A stretch of DNA of 61,364 nucleotides, the filler included, from Dimargaris cristalligena (lineage: Eukaryota), in the NCBI GenBank assembly GCA_003614675.1. It is 9 parts of 9 records of this genome, joined end to end, with 100 filler letters (N's around TTAATTAATTAA, not from the genome) between each part and the next. Parts side by side here need not be neighbours in the genome. Positions count along the whole stretch, not along the records: positions 1 to 6,782 come from ML003482.1; positions 6,883 to 13,650 come from ML003483.1; 7 more parts are not named here. One strand, given 5' to 3'. This document shows, one piece after another, positions 1 through 12,842 of the stretch (position 1 is the stretch's first letter; each line of letters starts with the position of its first letter). The position numbers were made by a program, and so were the translations under genes. The notes under the pieces were generated by a model. That model had not been told where the DNA came from, made no database searches, and saw only the letters and a list, made by a program, of their open reading frames with translations.

Positions 1-630
1 GAGAGGCAAGGGGTTGTACGAGAATGAGGAATTGCTTGCAAGTCAAGGCTAAACGAATGGGAAGTATATAGGCGGAAGAATGACGAAAGAACATGGGAGA
101 AGAGTCTCGCCCTGCCATGGGTGGTTCTAGATATATGGCCAAGACGGGCATCATTACCCCTTTAAGTCGCCCTAGCTCGGACCTCTGTAGTAGTATAATA
201 GAGGAAGAAATAAGGCTATTTTGAGCAGCTCTTCATGCATTGCCCCGTAGGGGGCGTGAGAGGTATGATGTGGACCGCCTAAACAACCACTGCCGTTCTA
301 AAAAGCCCCCGTTACTGTTCCCTGATACACTCATCGGTGGAGTGGAGGTCGTCGGAAAATACGGAAGAATACCGTGGCTTGCCCGAATCTTCCGCAGGAT
401 AAAGCATTGGCACATAGATCCTTAAACTAAGGCCTCCCCATGCTGTATAGGGCAGCCCGCTCAAGCCAGGCCGCTATTGTCATATGAGCTCCTGGGTTAT
501 CTTAATTCTTAAGCAGCCTTGGTCGTCACTACAGACAACCCCAATCAGGTAGCGTACTAGCCCTCTAGAAAAATCTACTGACCTCTAATGGTCTAGGAAC
601 TAGAAAATAGGAAACGAATTCTACAGCCAC
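1..630 (-). repeat. Upstream/promoter part of a third tandem P450 unit (its CDS lies beyond the contig start)
   Basis: 1-~630 is collinear with 3829-~4505, the region upstream of the P450 at 1718-3800. Shared blocks include gcaagtcaagg.taaac, gttctagatatatggcc, gtaggggcgtgagaggt and gtggaccgcctaaa. Confidence 0.8.
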
Positions 631-1717
631 ACCTGCTTCCCAACGCTTTGTGATAGGGCTTACGACCAGGGTGGGTTTCAATGGCGTGAAAACCGCGAAC
701 ATAACTGGAAGTGATGGTCAATCCCAGGCCACAGTAAATATGCGATATAACTAGACTACATATTATTAGCCCGAAATAATTGGTATATTTTGAGTGGATA
801 AGCTGTATTTGTGCTTTCATACCCATTGTTAATGTTGCTATTGTCGTGCCGAGGCCTGGTGGACCTGTTGGGTCGGGCATTACAGCATTGGGGAAAAGGA
901 CCGGGAAAGTCAGTGGGAGGTTCGGGCCACTCGTAGAGACCTCGGAAGTGCCAGACCGGGCTGAGACTTGCGGCGGGGTATAGGTGATATTATTGCTGGG
1001 GTATGACATTATGGTTTTTCACAAATTTATTTATAACTAAGTTGTGTGATATAGTGAGAATAAACAATAGTATATATATTAGGGAAATTGATGCAGAAGG
1101 ATTTGCGATGGTTGTAGAATTCGCTAAGTTGGGGTATAAGAGCAAACTATGTGAAACTCGAACTATATGATCGAAATATTCATCTTTCAACTTGACCGGA
1201 ACTCACATTTTTAATATCCTCGAAAAAGGAGTAGCTGTGACAGTGAGTAAATAAGGAATAGTCACTCTGTTGGCTTTAGAGCAATCGTTAGTGGCGACAA
1301 AACTTGTTTGTAGGAATCGAATCCTGATATATCTAAGTCAGCGGATAATAATCAGATCTAAGAACGAAATATAAATAAAATTACCAAATAATCTAGTAGG
1401 CGGTGATATAATCATTGGTAACCATGTTTATGGCATGGTCTAGCGACCGGGATATTTGCCATCTTCAGATGAAAGACTAGAATATTTTAAAGGAACTAAA
1501 AAAATTATTAAGAGTATTTGGTTTCACAGGATTACATGAAGGAAGTGGCAGAAGGTGAAGTTTATTAAGTTGATAATGGAACTGGAACCGGTAAAGGCAA
1601 TATAAAATTTACTACACTTTCCACTACCTGCACTATACAGAACCACAAGAGTGTACGCTCGGCAATGAAAAAAGCATGGTAAAACCCCTTTCCCCGAAAT
1701 ATGGGATATGTTCCCAT

Positions 1718-3800
1718 TCAGCGGGCCGTGAGTTTCACCATTAGTTCACGGTTCTTCGGCCGCAGAGTGACATATTCAAACGGGATTACATTGCGATTGC
1801 TCAACTCGCAGTGGAAGTGCCGAATAAGGTTGGCCATGACCAGTCGAAGTTCCATCATCGCCAAGTTGCGCCCTAAACAAGTTCGGGGTCCGGACAGAAA
1901 CGTAAGGGTGGACTGCTTAAGTGTATTCATATCTGCCACCTCCAACCAGCGTTCAGGAATAAACTCATCAGCTCTATCAAAAGCGAGCGGTGAATGATTG
2001 ATAGCGTACATGGGGGCCGACAACAAGTATCCACCGGGGATAAAATAGGAGCCGATTGTCAAGCCCTCTGGAGGAATAATGCGAGGGACGGAGGTAACTG
2101 CCGGTGGATAGAAACGCAAGGCTTCTTGGATGACAGCCTCCAGATAAGGTAGACGATTCTTGACATCATCATGACTAATGAGATCCACTTCCGAATCAGG
2201 GTTTACGTCCTGCGATGGGATTAATGGAAAAGCATCTAGGACCTCAGCCTCCAAGCGACGATAACATTCCGGATGCGTTAACAATCCATACATGACCCAC
2301 GTTAGGGCATACCCGGTAGTATCTGAACCAGCTATCAGTTGAAGCAATGATTCACTGGCCAGGTCAATGTTACTCAGCTTCTCCCCTGAGTTGGGGTCAG
2401 TAGCCCCAATCATTAACTGCAGAATGTCATTGGGGACTGTATCGAAATCCCCATCACAATTGGCGGTGGCTAACAGGACCTGGCGTCGCGTTATGGCATC
2501 TATGGCCAACTGACACATGCTGTCCATGGCCATCTTGCCCCGTCTAACTGGCGGAATTAAGTTGCCGAGTCGGCCTTTAAGTATCGGGAGGGCGCGGATC
2601 ATGGTGGCAGAAACGAAATAATCACCCAGCCATTCGACAATCGTTATATCGTCTTGCTCAACGGCACCGAAGGTCTGACCAAAAACGAGATACCCCATGA
2701 CATCCTGCCATTAGGTGTAATCAAGTATGAATGTGGACGAAGTAGAGGGGTAGTGCTGGCGTAAGAAGCGGGGTAGACTGACTATAAAAATAATTTTGAG
2801 TCCTGCCGAATTCAATTGGACCGCTCATAGCCAACGGGGTACATGGTAACTTGAACTATGCGAGAGAGATGCTAAAAACTTACAAAGGCCATGCCAACGA
2901 ACTCCTTGTAAAGGTTGATTCCATGTGCCTGCTTTTGATGGCAAATCTGTCGAAGTTTCTTGATAAGGGGCCCGACCCCAGAATCCCGAATAGTACCTTC
3001 CATTCGATGTAAACTCGCCCATGTAAACACAGGGGCTAGAATCCCCTTGCGCTTGCGGTGGAAGATGGGGTCGCTAGTTGAAAGGATGGTAGGCTCAAGA
3101 GGCTCAAAAACATTCTTGTAAACCTGCACTGGCTTAGCGTAATTATGGTTACTTAAGAGGTCTTTGACAACCTGGCAGTCACTGATGCTCACGTCTCGAG
3201 GTCCTACTCATGCAAAAGATAGATAAAAAATGGTTATTTGCATAATTATCGAAGTTAGAAGTAATAGTTTGTGTATTTACCATTGCTGGGTTGGTTTCCC
3301 CCGGGCCAACAAACCACACCGCAGTAACATCATTTATTCGAAACTTACCAACGCGCATGACCGGGCCGTATTTGAGGTGACGACGGTGCAAAATCTCGAA
3401 GTTCTGGCCACTTACCATACGGTAAATAAAATCAAACGGACCAAGCCCAGCATACCATGGACCGGGTAGCCTGGCCGTAGGTAGAAAGAAGCACTCGTAC
3501 ACCAGCTACAAGTGCAAATTTACTGTGAACATACGCATACAATAATTAAAATCAATTGAACTAGCTAAACCGCAATAAGCAAGGTCGCAGCTTAACCAGG
3601 CTACTTTACCCTTAAATATGAATTGATAGACGTGCTACTCAAGCCCAGGGTAGTGGGGCGTCGAGTGTACTTACCGCTGTTAGATATATGGCACCGAGTG
3701 CCAAAAGAGCTTGACCAGCAACGGCCCAGGGGTCCTGAAACAGGGCGTTTGAGCGGAGCTGCCCTAGAGCAGCGTGAAGTCCCTTCGCCAATGAAGTCAT
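1718..3800 (-). CDS. Cytochrome P450, complete, ~529 aa; exons 3800-3675, 3505-3349, 3203-2884, 2704-1718
   Basis: N-terminal membrane anchor, LPGPW hinge, I-helix AGSDTT, EALR (ExxR), PERW and heme motif FLSGPRTCLG. Three GTAAGT..YAG introns join in frame (1590 nt). The upstream ATG at 3935 does not keep its frame in the paralogous unit, so ATG 3800 is preferred. CYP53-clan-like by eye only. Confidence 0.93.
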
Positions 3801-5260
3801 GTGGGACAAGTCGAGGCTACGGAGTGGTGAGAGGCAAGGAGTTGTTAGGGTATATGGAATTGCCTGCAAGTCAAGGTTAAACGGATGAGAAATATAAAGG
3901 CGAGAAAACATATGAGAAATGGTTGGCCCGGCCATGAGTAGTTCTAGATATATGGCCGTCGGATATCGCCGCCCCTTTAAGCCGTCCTAGTCCGGGCCTT
4001 TGTAGTAGCATGATAGGGGGAAAAATAAGGCTACTTTGACTGGTTAGTTATGCACTGCCCAGTAGGGGGCGTGAGAGGTCTGACGTGGACCGCCTAAATA
4101 AGCACCGGCATTCTAAATAGCACCTGTTACTGATCCCTGACACGCCCGTCGATGGATTTAATGCACTGGGGGGTCATCGGCGGAGTGAGGGCCGTCTGAT
4201 AATACTGAAGAATACCGTGACTTGCCCAAATCCTCTGCAGAATAAAGCATTGTACTCACACATCCTTAAACTAAAGCCATTCCATGCTATATGGGGCAGT
4301 TCACCGAAACCGGCCCGACATTGTTGTATGAGCCTCTGGGAATACCCAACTTTTATGTTCAACCTATTATTCTGTTAATCACCGATACCCAAGCCACCTT
4401 GGTCGTTATTAAAGACAATCCCTACAAGGTAGCGTAATAACTATCTGGCAAAATATATTAGCCTCGCTAACAGTTTAGGAACTATAAATTAGAAACTGAA
4501 TTCTATAGTCATGTCCGCCTCCCCTCTTAATGGCCCAGTTTACGATCAGGGAAAATTTAAATAAAGTGGAATGGTTGAAAATTACTAGAAGCTATAGTTC
4601 GTAATCTCCGGTAATCAATGATGGCCAACCCCAAGCCTCAGTAAATTTACAACATTACGAGATTTTGGATTATAAGCCCAAAATAATTCGTATATTTTGA
4701 GTGGGTAAACCGTAATTACACTTTCACACCAGTTGGTAATATCGCCATTGTCATACCGAGGCCCAGTGGACCTGTTGGGTCGCGCATTGCATCATTGGGG
4801 GTAAAAGCCAGGAAACTCGGGCTACTCGCAGGGACATCGGGAGCGCCAGGCTGGACTTTAACCTGCGCTGGGATATTGGGCATACTGTAGCTAAGATGAG
4901 ACGTTGCGTTTTTTATAAATTTATTTATAAAATAGTTGAGAAATTTAGCAATAATAAACGGTAGTATAGTCCAGTAGCCGGATTTGTGACCATCATATGA
5001 TGAAAGACGAGAATATTGCAAAAGAACTTATAAAATGTTGAAGAATATTTGATGACTATCTAGTTTTCCTGGATTAAATGAAGAAACATAATCGAAGGAT
5101 CTGGGCTATACACTGATTATGGAACTGGAACCGGCAAAGGAAACAGATAATTAACTACACTTTCCACCACCTGTACTTTACAGAAACACAAGAGTGTACG
5201 CTCGGCAATAAAAAAAGCATGGTAAAACCCTTTTCCCCGAAATTTGGGATATGTTCCCAT

Positions 5261-6736
5261 TCAGCGGGCCGTGAGTTTCACCATTAGTTCACGGTTTTTC
5301 AGCCGCAGGGAAATATATTCAAACAAGATTATATTGGGATTGCTAAGCTCGCAGTGAAAGTGCCGAATAAGGTTGGCAATGACCAGTCGAAGTTCCATCA
5401 TCGCCAAGTTGCGCCCTAAACAGCCTCGGGGTCCGGAGAGAAACGTAAGGGTGGACTGCTTAAGTGTATTCATATCCGCCACCTCCAACCAGCGTTCAGG
5501 AATAAACTCATCAGCTCTATCAAATGCGAGTGGTGAGTGATTGATAGCGTACATGGGGACAGTCAGCTGGTACCCACCGGGGATAAAATATGAGCCGATA
5601 GTCAAGCCCTCTGGAGGAATGATACGGGGGATGGCAGTGGCCGCCGGTGGATAGAAACGCAAGGCTTCTTGGATGACAGCCTCCAGATAAGGTAGACGAT
5701 TTTTGACATCATCATGACTAATGAGATCCACTTCCGAATCAGGGTTTACGTCCTGCGATGGAATTAATGGAAACACGTCCAGTACTTCAGCCTCCAAGCG
5801 ACGATAGCATTCTGGATGGGTTAGCAGTCCATATATGACCCACGTTAGGGCATGCGCGGTGGTATTTGAACCAGCCACTAATTGAACTAATGTTTCACTG
5901 ACTAGGTCAATGTCACTCAGCTTCTCTCCGGAGTTGGGGTCGGCGGCCTCAATCATTAGCTGAAGAATGTCATTGGGGACCGTTTCGAGATCCCCATCAC
6001 GTTCGGCGGTGGCTAGCAGGGCCCGGCGACGAGCAATGGCATCCATGGCCAGCCGACTCATGCATTTCTTGGCAATTTCGCCCCGTTTAACTTGCGGAAT
6101 TAAGTTCTCAAATCGGCCTTCGAGTATCGGGAAGACACGGATCATGGTGGCATAAATGAAATAATCGAACAGCCAGTTGGCGACCGTCATATCGTCTTGT
6201 TCAACGGCACCGAAGGTCTGACCAAAAACGAGATACCCCATGACATCCTGCAGTTGGGTGTAATCAAGTGTGAAAGTGGGTAAGGTGGGGGAGTAATATT
6301 GATGTAAGAAGCGGGGCAGACTGGCTTTATACGTATGCCACTATATCCTGCAACATTCAATTGGATGACCCTTAGCTAATGGAGTACATGATAAATTGAG
6401 CCGGGGGAGAAGGACTTACATAGGCCACACCAAAAAATTCCTTAAACAGGTTGACTTCAGGTGTTTGTTCTTGACATATTTGGCGAAGTTTCTTAATAAG
6501 GGGCCGGACCCCAGAATCGAGAATGGCACCCTCCATTCGATGTAAACTCGCCCATGTAAACACAGGGCCCAGAATCCCTTTGCGCTTGCGGTGGAAGATG
6601 GGGTCGCTAGTGGAAAAGACGGTAGGCTCAAAGGGCTCAAAAATAGCCTTGTAAACCTGCTCCGGCTTATAGTACTTGTGGCTACTTAAGAGGTCTTTGA
6701 CAACCTGACAGTCACTGATACTCACGTCTCGAGGCC
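5261..6736 (-). CDS. Cytochrome P450 paralog, 5'-truncated by the contig end; exons 6736-6420 and 6247-5261
   Basis: Same intron positions as the first copy; EALR, PERW and FLSGPRGCLG present; I-helix reads AGSNTT. Confidence 0.93.
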
Positions 6737-6782
6737 CTACTCATGTGATGGACCGATGAAAAATGATTATTTGCATAATGAT

Positions 6783-6882
6783 NNNNNNNNNNNNNNNNNN
6801 NNNNNNNNNNNNNNNNNNNNNNNNNNTTAATTAATTAANNNNNNNNNNNNNNNNNNNNNNNNNNNNNNNNNNNNNNNNNNNN
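6783..6882. other. Artificial contig linker
   Basis: N44-TTAATTAATTAA-N44, with stops in all six frames. Confidence 0.99.
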
Positions 6883-7521
6883 GATCCACTCGTGGTTCCA
6901 GGTCATGGCGACCAAGGCATTATGGGTGGGGAAGGGGTGCCAAATGAGTTCGGGGATCTGCCACGGGATGCTGTAGGCCTCGAAGCGCACATGGGTGGGA
7001 TACTGGTGGGCGGCAATGTTGCTGGGCCGCGGCCGCCGCGCGGGTGCCGTGGGGTCCTCGGTCGCAGAATCGTGGGAATGGTCGCCCGCCTCATTCGTAG
7101 TAGTAGTAGGGTGGTGGTCCGAGTGGTTACCGGAATCGTCCTGGGCGTGGCAACGCGGGGGCTGGTAGTAGTAGGCTCCGGGTCCTAGCCGCTGGTTTCT
7201 TTCACCGACGGGCTTGCTGGTTGGGGTAGTGGGGGACCAGCGGAGGGTAAGTGCTTGATGTGGCTGTAGGCTCTGCTCAGGAGCGATGGACGAGTGGTAG
7301 TGGCGGTGGTAGTGGTGGCTCCGTCGCCAATCCCGTTTAAGGTCCGGGGCGCGCCAGGACTTGGTGCCATCTAAAACGAGCACACCATTCCGGCCGGTCA
7401 GGACAATGTCTTTTCCGTAGGGGTTACAGACGAGTCGGTAGGTCTGGTGGGGTAACGTGCGGTGAAGTTGGGCGGACTCGGACTCGGCCGAGACCACACT
7501 GGTATTGGGAACCAGAGTCAT
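6883..7521 (-). CDS. N-terminal fragment of a WD40 protein, WDR59/Mtc5/Sea3 (GATOR2/SEACAT)-like; truncated by the contig end
   Basis: LVCNPYGKDIVLTGRNGVLVLD and SIPWQIPELIWHPFPTHNALVAMTWN resemble the Mtc5/WDR59 N-terminal motifs as I recall them (SPSGRDVVLASRQGLYIID ... PWQVADVQWSPHP). A His/Thr/Pro-rich insert separates them. The GC-rich frame is open from ATG 7521. Confidence 0.65.
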
Positions 7522-10500
7522 GGGCTTTAATGACCCATGCAATGATGGGAGGAACCGAATGCAGAGCGAGTGTATTAAACAGTTAATAAGAAGAAACGGA
7601 TAATAGACACAGAGTAACGAGAATAGAACTATAGATTGAGGGTAAAAGAAGTAAGTATATGTAGGTTTGAGACGCCAATGACACACGCATAAAAGGAAAG
7701 GGGGGCCCCTCCTAAACCAGCTTAACTGAATCGCCCCGAAAAATACATGGAGAAAGTACAGACCCATACCCAGTTAGTAAGGAAATGATTGATGATACTA
7801 ACTTAGCCTATTCGGAATAATACTGGGCCCGCGAAAAAGACTGGGGGGGGGTCATATAGGGACTATGGTTTCTGATTTTGACTCACAGGGCCAAAATGAG
7901 AGAGAAGTACCAATAGGCATATCCGTTGGATTTAACTATTGGCCTATGTATAATGCGTGTAAAACGTACGAGCGGTATTGCCCCAGATTGCATGTATATT
8001 AATAGCCCCGTTTCATTAAGAGTAGTTCAAGGATAGTTGAGGAATGAAGTATAGGTAAGAAAGGGCCACAGGGCACTCCATTATGAACCAAGATTGGCCT
8101 GGTGATGGGAATCCACCTTACCTTGCCTAGTCTGCGAACCATAGTACTAAGACTGCCGCCAGTCAACTGCACCCAGGGTTGTTTTAATTCTATCCGGAAT
8201 TCGGGAGGGGTTTTAATCAATGTTAGTATCGTTACTTCCAATGATGCATCTGAAATACAAGCCGCCTAGTGGGTGACGCATTGGCCATTCCATATAAATG
8301 CTTGGTTGGGTCACAGGACAAGTATAAAAGCCACTTGCAAGTAACAATAACACCGAGTCAGTTGAGTGACAGATAATAGATCGCCTGCGAGAGACCGAAC
8401 GAATCGCCGGATATAATTACAAAAAATAAGAGAACCCTCGAGCATTAAATGTTCACTAAAGTCCAATTAACTTGAATAATCCCATGCAGTGGGCATGGGG
8501 GCATCATAGTCTAGGTTTATTGGCGCAAAACTGTAATGGTGATGTATAAAATGATAATAGATTAGGTCCACCGCTATAAAATTTAGTGACCTCTTGTGGA
8601 GGGGGGGGGACTTCCTTGCTCATTTCTCATTGGATCTACTCTCCAAATGTAAATAAGTAGGGTATTGTATATTATTGGTCTTATATTTACTGCTACTATT
8701 AGGGAAGCGGCTCAGAAGGGACGGTGTCTGGATAGTAAAGGAACAATACTCACTTTGCAAGACCAATCTTTCAACCTGTATACTCAAAGTAACTTTGTTG
8801 GTATGATTGGCGGCGACTTGGTACTGCAAATGGTCATCAGCCCTGTGATATCCTGTGAACATTTAAATAAGTGTACTAATTGACCAAGGTTTGGACTAGG
8901 TTGATGGAGCCTTTCTCTTGAACTAATGAGGGGGGATTGCTCACTGAGCGGTTTAATCTTTCAAAAGTGATTTTGGACGGAGAGGTACTTAAGTGAGTCT
9001 TCCCAAGAATGATTGCGTCCACCATTTTTCGTGACTGCTATAAACCAAACCTCCACGAAGCCCGCATGACTGTCTATCTCCATTAACCACGTATTCCACG
9101 AATAGCAAACCTTTTGCGACCACTCTGGTCTAAACTTACACGTGGCCAGAGATTCACGACATCTCATTATATGAATCAGGTTATAGATATCAACGCTCTA
9201 ACTTTCGAAGGCCTAGACACTTTTAGCTTATTGAATTGCTTCACAGTACCCTTTCAAACAAATGGCGCGAGTTTGTTGGACGGCTAAATGACTTACGCAT
9301 TACTCTTAACCGAACAGCCTAATAGAAGACACATTGGTATCTGGTCGATTATAGTAGGTTGATTCCAATATCCAATATCCAGTACCCCCCACCCTTTCGC
9401 CCCGATAGTAGTGGCTATTGGCGATATTCAGTGCTGGACATTTCGGTGATATGGTAGGCGGCTTATCCCTAAAAAGCGGGACAAAGACGAACGAAATCTA
9501 TCCGGGCCCAGCAACCGCTCGGCCTGATTAAATGTGCCGAGCCTATCTTATCGTGTATGCTTAACAGGGTGGGCCGAAGGGTGAAACAGGGGGGTTGTCA
9601 GACTATAGGATCCATACAGTAAATTGTATACACTTGTAGTGCACGGATAATGGGGTAGGCCAATTGGGTAAGTTGAACCAAAAGGAATGTGGGACACACC
9701 CAACGAGCAATGGAAACCTCCTTTATCCGGCTTTTCTTAAGCTTCCGTACTTTCTTTTCTTTTTGCATCAAAGAAAACAAAATCAAATAACATGAAGCAT
9801 AATAGCCTCAATGGTACCAAGTCGTATAAGTAAATGGTCAATTGCCAATATCCGGGGGGAGAAGATAAGATACCCTTTTGTATGTTGCACAATTATGTGG
9901 GCCCCATAGTTGGGGACTATCAATGATGTCATGGATAATATGTGAGTGAGTGTTGATGATTGGAAGCCATCCCCCCATACACCTTATCGTGCACCTATCG
10001 GCTTTCCATGCTATTTTCCGATTGGCTGGGCCGTAGGGTTTTTATTCACACAGAAACAGCAGCGTCACAGGGAAAAAATAAGTGAATAAATATTAGCTGA
10101 CTGCGGGGCCATATTACATTTCTATAACTGGGGTCGATTGGGGTGGTAACTTTATGGTGATCCATTGGCCCTTACTATCGCCCCCAATCGAAGGGGTGTC
10201 AAAAGGTACAATATTCCCCCCATCCAAGGATCCCGGGTGCAAACTACGGCATGGATTAGATACGCCAAACTCTCGCCGGAATGATTAAGTGGGGGATGTT
10301 TTACCGATTAGATTGGTGTAACTCCTCGGTCCTGCTAATTTGCTAGGGTCTCTTTTTGATGATCTAGTCCTCTGCCTCCTTTCATTCCAGACAGCGTTTA
10401 ATATTGGTGGATTAATTAACAACTGATACTGGTACAGCCCGGTGCGATTCAGGTGAACTATATAGGATGCCAGTAAATGGATAAAACAACAACAACAACA

Positions 10501-12816
10501 TGAGAATCGGGTTAACCCTTCTGCCATGCCCTTTTAAACCAGAAGTAGGGGTTGGGAAATAGAAGGAGTATCGATTCTAAACTGCTTGTAAAATGCCCAG
10601 ACTATAAACCAAGCGGCCATGTTTTCAGATCTAGGGTACTATAGATATGGTCCGGAAAAACGAGGCATATTCGGCTGGTATGGTGTAGTACGGTCAGCTG
10701 GTTTCCCGATTATATTACTACCAACAAGACTGCTGGGACACCATTAGGCATGGTTCCACATTGTCGATGTAGGAGAGGGAGTATCGGTACTATAGGTGGT
10801 AGGCTACCTTGACGACCAAATGGTCCTCAACCGGAAAGTAGTGGCTGCCGATACAGTGCGCTGTCACCCGGACCTTCCAACCGAAAGCGACCATGTGAGT
10901 GGTACTCCACCTAAGCAAGAACTCTATAATAATTTATATATATCCCTTAGGTGGGGCTCTTCTAATCGCTGTCCCATATGACTGACATGCTGTTCCGAAG
11001 AGGCATGTGACTCGATTTCCCTGGGCCAATGATATGACACATTGGATTGCCGTGCCGGTGTGGTGGGTAAAATGATGAAGCGATAAACCCAAAGGGTATA
11101 TAGTATACGTGAGACTGAGATGCCTCGTTTCAGCTATCCCTTCCCCCCTGATGTAGGGGCCAATAAGTTAAGTCAAGAAGAGTAGTGAAGGGTTTCTCTT
11201 GGGGAGGAGGCCCATGCGCAGTGGTATAATGAACACAGGAGTTGGAACGGCAGGCTGCTGCCTTCCAAACACCAGGGGCAGCACGAAGAAAAGAACCTGA
11301 CTATGGCGTTCCGCCACGCATAAGTCGGCCGGGCTATGGCAATAGAACAATGACTATCGCTGGGCTGGCCTAAAGGGGCGCCTAAACCCGGCACGCCATG
11401 CGTTGGGCGTGGTCCTGCATCCCTGCCTCGGGCCGCGAAAATGTATAAGCTAGTCAGTACATATAAAACCTATGAGGATTATAATGACGTGCAGTCGGCC
11501 ATCTACCCGAGCATGGCATAAATGTGGCGCGAGTTTGGGCCCAGTATTAGCACCAACCCAGCGACACCTTAATATGCCTCTTTTTTTGAAAAATACAATG
11601 AGAGGCGATTTGCCACTTAAACCACCGTTCTATACTTCGCCGCCTCCCAGTAAGTGCTAAAAAAACTAAGGGGGGGCCATAAGCCCAAAAAAATTATACT
11701 AAAAAATATATATCCAGCAAAAACCGCCGTGGCCTGATGATGGCCAGATAACAGATAGGCAAGAATCCACCCGGTGCAAGGGATTGGCCCAAATATGGCT
11801 AAATAGGTGACATCATAGCTCCGCTAAAGGAAATTAGTGGCCCATGCTGGTCCAACCTAAGGAACCAATTAAACCGCTCCGGTTTGGGAGAAGCGCTCCG
11901 TGGATTTCTCCAATGAACAAATCCCGATGTCTCGAATAGTCGGCTGAGCATTTGGAATGGGCGAGTGATCTAGTCGACGGAAAAGCGTCCGACGGGCTGG
12001 TTGGCGGCAATACTCTCAGCATTAACGAAAAAATAATAATAATAAAATATATGGGGTATTTTCGCTCTTGCCAAATTATAATTTGACAAAGGCAAACTAA
12101 ACTTGGCGGTTTTATGGAACAGCTTTTGAGAAGTTCCCAAATGGGGAATTGGGACGATCACTGCCCTGGCTTGCTAGTGTGATTGGCCCTGGCCATCGAT
12201 CAGGAACGGTAAACAAGGAAGGCCCTTGCCCAATGTGGGGAAATAGTCCCCAACAACGACGACGTCATTAGTTTAGTTAGATACACCAAGTCCCTACCCC
12301 ACTCCTCGGCACATATTAAACTGACTATTGGATTCCGACCGTGCACTACTACTATTACCATTTGAGCAACAATGTGACAAAAGTTCCATCTAGTGCATAA
12401 CACTCCTTAACCGGAACTGACATTTCGTAACCGAAAAAAATAATTAAGGTGTGCTGCTGACAGGCGTTTCATATCAGTTAAGGCGGATAAGGTAACCACC
12501 AGTTTTTCGTATCTGGCCGACCTTCCGCTGCTACTACGGGGGCCACTGTGACTTCCAGCGCGTAAGGGCCCCCCTCCCATTGGGTAGCGCGGTTTATAGA
12601 CCCAACCCGATTAAGCACCCGCCCCGGTCAGCCAATCAATGCCCGGCAGCCACCCCTCTGTCTTAGTTTCGCCTCCACCATGTGTCCTCTCGCATCCGAC
12701 AAATCATCATGACGTGGGGCTTAAACTATCGAAGTGTAAGGAGATGCCTTATATTGCTATTGACCCCCCCCTCTCTCTGTCCTTTCTTACTCCCTGTCGC
12801 CTGCTAGGCTGCCGAT

Positions 12817-12842
12817 AGAGAGAGAGAGAGAGGGAGAGGAGT
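12817..12842 (+). repeat. (AG)n microsatellite
   Basis: agagagagagagagagggagagga. Confidence 0.8.

Noticed and set aside
3801..3935. Longer P450 N-terminus from ATG 3935
   Set aside because: The homologous ATG at 118 leads into a different frame, and a TATA-like element lies within this stretch; likely promoter/5' UTR.
7522..7767. Hydrophobic N-terminal extension of the 310-aa ORF
   Set aside because: T-rich UTR-like composition; similarity and coding-like GC start at ATG 7521.
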